64,000 nucleotides of DNA from contig CM120644.1 in NCBI GenBank assembly GCA_051362555.1, positions 4,286,954 through 4,350,953 on the forward strand, written 5' to 3'. The stretch comes from Lingula anatina (taxonomy: Eukaryota > Animalia > Brachiopoda). Positions within the stretch are counted from its first letter, which is position 1. Each line of letters begins with the position of its first letter. Shown here one piece after another: positions 13,672-25,809 of the stretch. Under the pieces are notes generated by a model. The model was not told the origin of the DNA and searched no databases. It saw only the letters and a program-made list of their open reading frames with translations. The translations under genes were made by a program, and so were the position numbers.

Positions 13672-15171
13672 CTATAGTTTCTTCCCGAACCAATGTTTGT
13701 ATGGCATTTTTTTCATGTTTGCGTACAAAGAGTGAGCTTTTGAAGAAACTGTCGCCATCATAGAACACTATAAACTAATGCTTGTAGATAAGTTGGGGTT
13801 AAATACATGAGGTTTAATACAAGATAGCAGCTTGATATATGTGGCCATCGCATTATACCTTAATACTTACACTTGGCTATGTAAATATGAACAGTTATGT
13901 ATACATTCGTATATGAAGGTATCGATAAAGAGATTTAACTTTTATTATACGTACGGTTGGTTTGGTTTCTTGTAATCAATTACGAAACTAAAATTAGATC
14001 AAATATCAGCATTTTGTATTGTTTTGATGTTTTCACACGTTTAAATGTAGAAGCTGTTTTAACCTTAAAAGGTGCTTAAAATCGGTTTTGAACGTGATTA
14101 TTACTTAATATGCATACGTGCAGTCGTTATCACCTAGCGTGCTAGGGAGGATACAGCTCAGCTGTGTGGAGCGACAAAAGATTATACAGGGCAAAGATAT
14201 GCCAATACATGAGGCAAGTACTATTGGTACGCCCCTGCTTCAACCCCTTAATGATGAGCGTCCAGTAAGGAGACACAATGTATCGTTTATAAAGGGCTGC
14301 CATGTCCTCCAGTGGCCGATACTCTGCCCAGGAAGTCATTCGGTCGGTTTAAATGTGTTTTGTTAATTCTTTTTAAATTGCATGCAGTAAATGTTATCAT
14401 GTGCTCACTGAGTGGCCTGAACGTTTGAGATATATGTTAAATAATTGGTATAACGTCTGTAAACTGATCAGAATTCAAAACCTTTTTCTTTTATTGTCTT
14501 TCATTCATTCACTTGGGATCTTTCCAAAAACATTCAAGCTTCAGTTAGATAAAATATAAGTGGAATGTTTTTTGCTCAACGGTCTACCGGAGGACAAAGA
14601 ACGTCGACAACCTGCATAATACAAAGTGAACATGAGGCGGCTGACAGCGCTCTATTATTCATCAAGCTTACTCAGTGATTTCGCGACCCAAGGTTACAGT
14701 TTAACAAAGAAACAAGTTAAATATGCATGATCTTTGCATTTCCAGCAAACTAAACTTTTTGGATATCATACAAGTGTTATATTTTGACAGTTTCGTAAAT
14801 GCCCTGCTTTGTGGTAATAATGTGGATATACATGTACGTGACAGTTACTCTACGCTCACAATGCGTGATTATATCTGAGCGTTGTGTGCTTGGGAATACA
14901 CCCAGTTAGATGCACAAAATTTCGAAAAGATGGTGGGAATATCTTGACCCGCCTTTTACATAACATTTTATGTATGTTTCCTCGTGTTCTCTACTAAGAT
15001 AATTCGTGTTAGATACTAATATGAATTCAATGCATTTTTCTTTACTATCCTTTTTTTATTTCACTTGTGATATTTCTACAGATTATGTACCAAAAAATGA
15101 AAAGAAACAAAAGAGAGTATAATTAGTTCTAGCTAGTTACTTAAGTATGTCGGTCCACATTTCAACGGGAC

Positions 15172-15754
15172 ACCGGTGTCACATGTACGGTCCGTTCTGC
15201 GTGAACCATCCGTTCTGACCGATTGTACACGCAGCAGACGCGTGTATGAACCGTTCCGTTAATGATTCGTTGTTATTCACCTGTGCATTGATGTGGCTTG
15301 TTTGTTTCCCACCTCATTATATTACATATTTACTATAGTGGGGATATTTCTAGGTAACATTTATGTGTTGATACAGAATTCTTTATTAATAATTTTGATA
15401 GAGAATCAGCGTCAAATTACAGTTTAACGCTTGGATGAACCTACCGTGGACGGGCCGTCGTTATTCAGCTGTTGGCCTTCAAGGCCTACATGTATTATTG
15501 TATTGATTTTACTTGGCTAGTGTGTTGATATGGGCACCTAAGAGAAATCGCAGTAGAGGCGATCAACTGTAAAATATGAATATTTCTAAAGATTACGTTT
15601 GAGTATGCAGTACATGTATTTTCTTAATAGTGTACGTTTATTAAAGTCAATAGAGACGGACCGTACACGCCGGAAGTCTCTCAGATTTGCCTGGGCTTTG
15701 TGCGCGTGAGCAGAACGGATGGTTCACGGTCCAAGCGGTACACGCCACACCGGT
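15172..15754. mobile_element. Degenerate MITE-like inverted-repeat element
   Basis: ACCGGTGT...GTGAACCATCCGTTCTG at left and CAGAACGGATGGTTCAC...ACACCGGT at right. Confidence 0.55.
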
Positions 15755-16809
15755 ATAGGAGACACATACGGGCTGCCATGGGGTAACAAGGTAAGGCTAT
15801 CAGTTGACTCAAGTTTGATCTGTTGCGTAGTTGGTAAAGGATAGAGATTAGTGACCATCCCCGCCTAAGTATGATTTTAAAGAGTTGATAGTTAGTAGAA
15901 ACGAAGTATAATTGACGACGCAGACTTTATAATAATGACGAGCAATAAGCTGTTGTCAAATCGATCACTAATTCTAAACTATACCGGGTTTTATGCAAAA
16001 TGTAATTTGCCCGGAACCACGAGAGCCTGCATTCAGTTTTGACTGCGAGGTCAAAATATTTATCAGTGACCAACAAGCACAACACTGCTGATACGATTCC
16101 ACTTTGGTTACATAGAAAACCATGGCTCTCACAATTATAGGCAGGCCTAGCAAACTACCAGACTCGGCACCGAATGATCCTGAATTCACCGGTAGATCGG
16201 AACACAATACCCGTTTTCAAGGTGTGCGTCAGTACGCGCTTGGTAGTTGGGTAGACCTGATAGATACAGAATCTATTTAATCTTCATTTCATAAAAAATC
16301 ATAGCAACACACAATCGTTAAATGTGTTTCTGAATTTATGAAATATACAACTGTATAAATTGTTGTTTATATCAAATCTTTTGTCCTTATACTTAGGAAG
16401 GGGTTTTAGGAATTTAGAAGGGAGCTATGGCCACCACCTAGGTACGATAGCGTCCTGTGTCCTGGGCGTCGGATTCCTGCTCGAATATACAAACCTCGTC
16501 CCAGACAAGGTTCAGATAGATGGTGGACCGAAATGTTGTTTTTCACTGGTGTTATTTAGTTTCTTTGTATAAAACAATTATATCTTATCATCCGGTCTTA
16601 AGACCAAGAAAAATCTCTTTCATAGTCAATGTAAGTTTGATATTGTGAATCAGGTCACGTTCATTTTATAACGTAATACCTTCATTTGTGTGAATATACA
16701 GGTAGGACGTTCTTTGTAGTCGAACAGCCTTTTAATATACGTGCGGAGATTTTTTTCGAATCGAGTTGAGTTTAGCCGAAGGATTCGTGGCAGTTTTACT
16801 ATTGCCAAA

Positions 16810-18330
16810 ATGATTTTCAAAAATAATTTGGGATTATTAAGAATTGTGCAATCAAGATGGGGATTGGCACGGGTCGTGTCATCTAACCAGATATTATTGA
16901 AAAAAAGTCTGCAGCGTGGATTAGTGCTGGAATATACACCTTGTAAGCAACCAGTTCGAGAACTGACCGACCAAGTGACTGACAAACCGATCAGCTTTAA
17001 GAAAGTAAGTAAAAATTAAGTAGTCAGTAATGGTAGCGAAATTCACAGCGCGCTCATCTTCAATATAAAACACTGGTAAAACAATTTTATCTCTTGATCC
17101 CGTATGTATTTGCCATCAATCATATCTCTTAACTTCTACACGTACCCTGCACACGCAGTATTGTAACTACCCAGTAGGGTGATCGCTTAGGGTATATTGT
17201 AAAGTCAGGGTTGGTTGTCCAAACATTTGCCTATTTGAGAGAAGATTATTGAATATTAAGGTATATTTTTATGCGGAGCGTCGAGTGGTGTACGTTTGGG
17301 GTGTAAATTACTGTACGTTTACTACAAACATGCCTTTGGGCCCGCAATATTTGTGAACTACGCAATGGCTCCTGAGCCCTCGAATGTAAAATAACCCAGA
17401 CAATTAATTTTTATGACGCAGATGGTGAAAGGACACAGTACTCGTTTTTAACAATTAAAATGAATAAAAAACAATTTTTTTCTCTTGTGTATTTTACGGA
17501 CAATAATGCACATGTTCTTTGTTGCCAACAATTTAGATTCCGACCGATTACCCCCCGGTCACTGCATCTGATCACTGGAGACGAAAGGTACGAACAGTAT
17601 TTAATCGCTTCGATTCGAACAACGACGGCATCATTACAAAGGAGGACTTCGAGGCCAGCGCCAGGATCACCACAGAGCTTTTGAAACTCAATGGTATATT
17701 TAGAATTACATCTGGATTTGATTAATCTAGGTTCTCAAAAGAATTTCGTGCAGTAATTATGATCATAATCTTCCATGACTCCGTTCTGCCTCTGTCTCAC
17801 TGTTTTTCTCTCAAAGACCGCATAGATGTCCTTTTCATTATAGCTCTATATTGAAACATTTTAGCAATATCGAACATTTTTATTATTTTTATTTTGAGAA
17901 AATCCCCCCCCCCCTTTTTTTAGCTGAACAAGCAGCAAATATACTTAAACTACGCCTCGAAGTATGGGAGTCTCTGTCCAGAGGTTCCAAGGATGTTTCT
18001 CAAATAACAGAAAAGGAATTTGTGGGGGTTGATCCTTCGGTCGTCAATCAAAGTACCTACCGGAAAGAGTTCTTCCCAATGTATGTGTCCGTGGGTTTCA
18101 AGGTCATGGACATTGATGGTGATGGTCTTGTAACAAAGGAAGAACACGCTGCTTATTTCTACAGCTTGAACGTCCCTGTTGAAGAATCGAAGAAGATGTT
18201 TGACGTAATGGACATTAACAAGGACGGTCTCATATCCATTGATGAGTACGCGCATGCGTATGCGGAGTTTGTTTTCACCGAGGATCCAAATAACAAATAC
18301 AATGGGTTTTACGGTTCGTTAGTTGATTGA
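16810..18330 (+). CDS. EF-hand protein, SCP/luciferin-binding-protein-like, copy 3
   Basis: join(16810..17004,17537..17693,17924..18330); exon 2 begins ATT (no Met); loops DSNNDGIITKED, DIDGDGLVTKEE, DINKDGLISIDE; ends FYGSLVD. Confidence 0.9.
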
Positions 18331-18704
18331 AGAACACAATTTAAATTTAATGAAGGTGACATAATACATGTGTTATATAAAAGATATACAATCTAGCGCA
18401 TAATCTTTCGCCATTTATTGGAAGCTACAACATAATTTGTTGACAATTTCAGTCCAATTCTTTTTCAAGTATGAATGTGAACTAAAACACCACCTGTAAT
18501 GGATTTACTTTTCATTGTATTTGTGTTTTTCCACAAGTATGTAACTATGGACTCCAAACCCAGATTATAGGAATACAGGTTTGTTATAATATAATATAAT
18601 ATAATATAATATAATATAATATAATATAATGTATGCACTTGTAGTATAAAGACCTAATAAAGCATGATTAAAATAAGTTCGAATGACATTTATAATTTTT
18701 AGGA

Positions 18705-21450
18705 GTCAGTTACGCGCAGGTGGTACCGTGAGATCCGTGTTTGCTTGGGTCCAGATTCCCATTCAGCTTTAGTGTTATGACATTTGACATCCGTTTAAAT
18801 TCTGCCACCCGTTTTTGGCACCCATTTCAAAGACTGTGACTGAGATAACCCAAAGTCTTGCAACCTGATAAGAACTGAATCAACCGGGAGTTCCCAGGAT
18901 TTGAGGGGAGAGTCGGACAGAAATACTGGTAAATCAGCGTGGTGCGGCAAAAATGTCATCCATGTGCTAGTATTCTCGGTTGTTTTCTACACTAGTAGAT
19001 CCATTACAATTTTATGTTGCTCAACAGTACCAGTACACCACGCTTTATGTGCTACTATTGTATTGCTTTCCAAAACGACAATGCCGGGGAAAAAGCCTCC
19101 CCTTGTCACTGGAACGTTTACTTCACCCTTCGCCGATGCTCGTGTGTTACCTATGTCAAATGACGTGACACAGTGCCTGGATCCTTTTATGCTAACCTGG
19201 ACGATTTTCTTTGGTTTGAATGCCTTCCCTCCTCCCACAGGATAGATTACACTTCTTGACATAGTCATAGAATTAGACGAAGTATTGGGGTTGATATAAT
19301 TTATGGGACAATGTTGCCTGTACAAGGTAATGGGGAACGAACTTGTGTACTACCATCCCATTACCAAAACTACTTCCCCAGCGGGCAAATCAACATTGAA
19401 TCAATGTTGAATCAACGTTGATGGTCAACGTTGAAACTATGTTGATATGACGTTGACTATGAAAGTTGACTCAACGTTGAACCATCAAGGTTGAATCAAC
19501 CTTGAGGTATCAATGTTGAATCAACGTTGACGGTCAACGTTGAAACTATGTTGATATGACGTTGACTATGAAAGTTGACTCAACGTTGAACCATCAAGGT
19601 TGAATCAACCTTGAGGTATCAATGTTGAATCAATGTTGACAGTCAACGTTGAAACTATGTTGATATGACGTTGACTATGAAAGTTGAATCAACGTTGAAC
19701 CATCAAGGTTGAATCAACCTTGAACCATCAAGGTTGAAACAACGTTGAGGTATCAATGTTGCATCAACATTGATACCTCAATGTTGAATCAATGTTGAAA
19801 TAAAGTTGAATTTGAAAATTGAATTAACGTTGATATATCAATTAGGCTATCAGGATATTTGATTGAAATTTGCCTGATGGCTGAAGGTGTTCTCCAAGAT
19901 ATCAAGCATTTCTTGAAATAAAAAGACTCAGATCTCAAAAGGGGGGGAAATTAGGAAAATTACCTACAAAAAAAAGTAATTTCGGAAGAAAAGGGGGGGG
20001 GGGTCCAGACCCCGGGACCGGCCCCTGTATCCACCTATGGGTCGTCAGATTCTTTTTAAACTTTCCAGTTTGATGCTCAGTGTTACGGACCAAAACAGCC
20101 CGAACATAAAAAATCACAAACAACAACTAACTTAACTATGAATATAATATATTACAAACAATGAACATACACTACATAACCTAACTACATGTAATATCAT
20201 GTTGCATAAACTTTAACATTTGTCAAATACAGTTAAATTCTAACAGATTCGTAGACAGTTAAGTTTTGAAGATGCAATGTCACAGTTTTACGAGTCCTTT
20301 TCTGTTAAACGTTCCTCCTGATAGTGTGGGGTTTTGAAGACGCAATGTCACGGTTTTCCATGTCCTTATCTGTTGAACGATCCTCCTGATACTGTGGGGT
20401 TTTGAAGACGCAATGTCACCGTTTTCCTTGTCCTTATCTGTTGAACGATCCTCCTGATAGTGTGGCCTCACAAAGTACTGTTAATAAAGTACAGTTTTTG
20501 TACTGTAAATGTGTTACACACTGTCCACACTCGCGTGTTGCATCAGTTCATGTTATCCGGAGTCTCGCACTTAATAACAGTCCCGCACTTCATTTACATT
20601 ATTACAAGCAGGCACATACGGTAATTACTCATAAAAATTAAACAACAAATTAGCTTTACTAAAATAATTATAACGTCACATCAGGTAGTTAAGATAATTT
20701 TAAGAATACAAAAACAAAGTGTCACCAGTCTAATTTTTTTCTCACAGCTAACTTAAATTTCCAGAAAAACAGGCATTTTTGGCTTTTTCAAGCTTTTTCT
20801 TCAACCTTGAGTAAAATTTTGTCAATTTGCCATAAAGTAAGGCTGGTGACCCTATTTTTTTCCTTTTTCTTAAAGATAACCTGTGGAAAGTTAAAAAAAA
20901 ACTGACAACCGCTTTTTTCACAAAATTAATTTTAATGAAAAAGGGGTAAAACAAGCGTTTTATGAGGGGTAATTACCCCTATGCATACCTCTCTAGTGAG
21001 ATAATCATTTAAAACTATTATCAAGGTTATGATGAAGGTTATAAAGTTAAGGTTGGCCCAATGTTGAGATCCAGTTGATATGTCAACATTGACAAAGGGT
21101 TTACAAACACAGGTTGATTCAATGTTGAAATCCTGTTGATCTATCAACATTGAAAACTGATTGACAAAGAAAGGTAAAATCAATGTTGAGACCCTGTTGA
21201 TCTATCAACATTGACAATTGGTTGACAAGAAAAGGTTGATTCAATGTTGAAATCCTGTTGATCTATCAACATTGAAAATTGATAGACAAAGAAAGGTTAA
21301 ATCAATGTTGAGATCTTGTTGATCTATCAATATTGATGGATCAACATCATCTCAACCTATCCTCAATGTTGAATCAACGTTGAGTGCCTGCTGGGTCACC
21401 GGTGTAACGAAATTAAGGGTCCGTGTAACAGAAAGTCCGAGCTCTATTTA
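18705..21450 (-). pseudogene. Decayed unidentified coding-like sequence split by a transposon
   Basis: One frame reads through with few stops: RARTFCYTDP*FRYTG|EVVLVMGW*YTSSFPITLYRQHCP...MDLLV*KTT..WMTFLPHHADLPVFLSDSPLKSWELPVD; interrupted by the 19377-21395 element. Confidence 0.4.
19377..21395. mobile_element. Non-autonomous CACTA/EnSpm-like transposon with subterminal palindrome arrays
   Basis: Termini CCCAGCGGGCA / TGCCTGCTGGG, 2-bp TSD TC; arrays of TCAAC(G/A)TTGA-type motifs at about 19395-19845 and 21055-21385; about 60-bp tandem repeat at 20260-20465. Confidence 0.8.
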
Positions 21451-21796
21451 GTTATAATGGTACGGGTTAGCCTGACCTAAGTGGGTCAAAATCTTTTAAA
21501 TAATAAGGTTTTTTAATAATTAGGGCATTAGTAACATTGTAACCGTCAGATAAATGTGTCTGAATAAAATTATACAATAAGATATACACATAAAGGGTTT
21601 ATATTAAGATGAAATTGAGTTCGTAATAAAACACAGATCTCTAAAAGTTGGTTAAAAAATACAATTTTCGCGATCGGAAAAGTTCGGTCTTTATTAATTG
21701 GTACATTAAAGTTGGATTGATTATGTGTAATCTTTATGTATGACTTGTACCCGGGTCAGAAAATAACCAACCTGTCATAGCGGTAAAGTCACATGT

Positions 21797-24700
21797 TGTG
21801 ACAGCGCATCGTTCATGATGAAGTACTTGTTCATCATCATATTTGTCCACACTGTAGCGCTCTCTTTTGATGGCTATAAGAGAAACAATCATTTTATATC
21901 AAACCCAATCCACGATTGAACAAAAACGTACCGAAAAAATAATTAAGTAAGAATCTTCCTTAATGCATATCATCAGTTTCACGTCATCATCTTTATAAAA
22001 GTTAAGTACACTGTTCCTATACCAATAACTGTATAGTTAAATATCAATAGCTAATAACTATAAGACCGACAGGCTGAATAAAGACATACTTCTCATAAGT
22101 CACGTATTTAATATTCAATACACAATATTTAACATTTTCTTATAACCACATGCAATAACATTTGACGCAAAGCTAACCAATAAAATCTTAAGTTCATTTC
22201 CCACAAATGAATAGTTCCATTTGGTATGGTCCGTTACATCCTCCTTGAATTTTAGCACGAAAGTTCAGTTAGCATATAATGTCAAATCCGTCCTTCTAGA
22301 CAGTACATGTACATAGCGATTGTCATCTGCCACTCATTGTATATGGATAAACGTCTTATTCGCGCACGTTGGCATACGTGTAGATAAATGTTCACAGTTC
22401 CCTGTATATCCACGAATGTCTATGTCCAGCGTTTACGAATATATCCAAAATGAATGAAGCAGAAATGCATGTCAAGAAAAACGTAACTACGTATATTATA
22501 ACAATCATCATCAAACTTGAATACAGTCACATTCAACAGGCAAGATTTTAACTTGACATAGTATTAATCATCCAAAAGACTATGATAACAATAAAACATA
22601 TATGGAACCATGCTAATAATACGATAATTTTTCCAACAATAATACTTATGCTAATAATAAAAATAACAATAACGCAATCTGGCGTCCCAGATGCTAATAT
22701 TTATCTGGCGTCCCAGATTTTAGTATTTAAATAACGTAATGCGCACACTTTTATACCTCAACTCCACATATTCAGTTATCCATAACCACATTGATATCTG
22801 TCACATATTAATCATTTTATTCCTCACAATATATCAAATAATATTCACATAAGGCCATTTGTCCTTGCATCATTTATTCTCATTAACTCATTTGTTTCAC
22901 TCGATCTTTTGATTGCCAATATAACCACATTATCAACTGACAAGATCATTTTAAGAAGATCGTCGAAATGCCAGTGATTAGGACTTTAATTAAGGCAATT
23001 TGTCGAGAAAGTTCAAACTATTCTCCAATTTTATTCTTCGCAACCCGAAAACACAATTTTATTGAAGGGACTTCCATTAATGTAGATTAATTATAATCTT
23101 AATATTTGCTTGTCACCTTCAAAGGTGCATGCGCACTTTCGACGATGTTTGACATTGCAAGGGGGTAGTGGGCGAAACAGAAGGGGTATTCTTATGAAAA
23201 GAATTATGATTCATCATCTGAAATTACGCAAACTGTAAGTCCAAGAGTCCTAAACCGAAACAAAGTGCAATAATAATTAGTATTGCCTGAAATTAAGGTG
23301 AATGCCATTTAAGTGTCGTATCCTGTAAAAGAAAATTTAAAAACTCGTTATGATGGATATTAAAATTACAAGAGTAGACAAACAACGAAAAATTCATTCG
23401 CTGCCTGGCTAACCTGGAAAAATAAACCATTTTATCAATATTGATTAGTGCAACATTTTTGTTCAAGTCAACAACAAAATATTTTCAAATGCAGTTCTCC
23501 GTCTTGTCACGAATTTTTCAACAGTGAAGTGAGATATCTCAGCTGTTGGCATCTCTTCAAATATTCCGCAACCTGTAAAATTCTTAAGGTCAATAGATGC
23601 ATAAAATGTAGACGGAAATGAATTTACTTAATAAACATAAGACGTATCAAAAGATGGATAATGTTTACATTTATCTAAATTAGAAGGTATCGGAAAATAT
23701 AAGACATACAAAATATATTCACCAAACAAATTTTACGTGTTGTTTTATAACAATTCTACAGCCAATTCAAAGTATTTGTTTAATCAATACTCAAACTTAC
23801 TTACATGAATCTTTTACGGATTCCGAGGGAAAATGAGGGACAACCATATCGCCGTTGAACTCCTAATAGTATTGTCCTAGAAAAGACTTAGCGTACATGT
23901 TTAAAAACAAACGTCAATGGCATTGACATTTAAGAGGATCTTTTAATATTTTCCATAAAAAGTTTAATGACATCACTTTATGATAGTCTCTTTATGAATA
24001 TATCTTAATTCTATCCAATTAGAATTCAACTTCGTCACGTTTGCTACTCCCATCTTGCTGTCTGTTTTAAACAGGCGTGTTCTATTACATTGACACGCAA
24101 CTTAATATATTTTCTTCTTTTCCTTTACTCTTATGTTATTCACTTTAATGACGCCTCGTTTAGTTTTTAATTGGATCCCTAATATTCTAACCAAAAGGGA
24201 ATCCATTTCCACTAAATAAGATACTGTGCTTCAACTTTTTATCTGACGCGACCTCGTAAGGCTTCTACTTTAAATAATTCATCAGTGGTCTGGGACAAAT
24301 TCGCTTGTCCGGCAGTCTCATTTTCTCGTTTTTCTTCATTTTTCTATTTTTTTCTTACTCTCTTTGTTTATGGGCATAGTTAGCAACGAAGCCCTGGAGT
24401 TATTTTGGAGGAACTTTCCTTGTCAAACATTCAACACAAGAACGAACATAATGACATCTGTAAATGACCTTTTCTAAAAAGTACACCGTGTGCGTAATGG
24501 TAACTACGTGTTTTGAATAACCTTATGACCGATTGCATTATCGTTGTGTAAACTAGACAAAACTTTATACTCTAACTTGTCTGAAAAACAAGTTGCAAAG
24601 AACCTCCTGGGTGGGGTGATTTTCTGCCATCAATTATCACGTTATCTCCTATCTCTAACAACAAGTAGCCGAGCGCCTTTACAACTAAGTGGAAGTTCGT

Positions 24701-25809
24701 CTAATGTCAAGTATGTGATAATTGACGCAAAATTCTTATCTTTACGTTGGACTTTTTAAAACAATTCCTCTTTAAAACAAATGCCTCGCAATCTTGACAT
24801 TTTGACAACGTCATATTTTTGTCACCTTTCTCTAAATGTTAAAAGCATTCCAGACCTTTAAATTCGTTGCCACTCTGTTTTAAATTAACGTAAAGTACTT
24901 GTGCCGAGATAGTGTCTAACATATGTATTCTGTTCAAACATGCATCATTAAAAAAACTGTGCAGGGTCATTATGTTTTTTAAGTCTTATTCTTCAACGTT
25001 TTCCTCATGGTAAGGGCGGCGGCTAATCGCGTTTGCATTCGCGAGGTGTTTACCTTTACTCTGCTTAATTGAAATCTGTTAGGGGATAAATTCAATAACC
25101 AATAATTCATTACTTCTAGAAATTCGATTACATTCAAATGGGCATGGAATTCTGGCACTGTCTTACCTTTGTCAACGTGACTATCAGTTACTGAAACTAT
25201 GTACCCTTAATACCTGACCTCTTCACGCGCAATGAAACTATTCAGATAATGCTAAGTTTGCATTTCTCAGCCTTCGTAAAACTATGTTTACCTCACTAAG
25301 GCAATATTTGAAATTGTGGCTGGCTACCATAAAGTCATCTAAATATCGCAAAAAGCATTTTCTAAAATAATCGTTTAAAGCAATTGTCTTACCTTCCATT
25401 GTCCAATTCCAATCTCCCATCTAGATACTTTGTGTTCGCCTACGTATTTTCGTCCGGTGATCGTTCTCTCTCTTTCCGACAAGACTCATGATGTCAAACA
25501 TCTATGATAATATTTTGCATCCTCCACCATTTGTGACGAAGCTATAGGCTTGTCTTCGTCATGTTACGCGAGGTAGCAAATACAACTCAGATATTATCTT
25601 TCTTATTATTTATTGAACTACTGTCCAGTTATTACCCGCGCCGCTTCCTTCATTTCTATTCCTACCTCATGCAATCTGTAGCGGCCTTCTCTCTGTTTAT
25701 ACTAAGCGCAGTTGTATAAATACCATAAGAGCATGTCAATCAACTTAAGTTACTCTACTAAACACTCCCCGCTCTTATTCACTGCATGCTGTCACTTACT
25801 AACGTTACA
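21797..25809 (-). mobile_element. Degenerate Gypsy-like LTR retrotransposon remnant
   Basis: Minus strand: LTR-like 25809-25532 (TGTAACG...CGTCACA), PBS TGGTGGAGGATGC (25517-25529), RT fragment with YLDD (ORF 25238-25420), RNase H-like KGKHLANANAISR near 25020-25065, purine tract AAGGAGGA followed by TGTAACG at 22238, end TGTCACA at 21797. Confidence 0.7.

Noticed and set aside
19395-19845. CRISPR-like look of the TCAACGTTGA array
   Set aside because: No unique spacers, no cas genes, eukaryotic context; it is the subterminal region of a TIR element.
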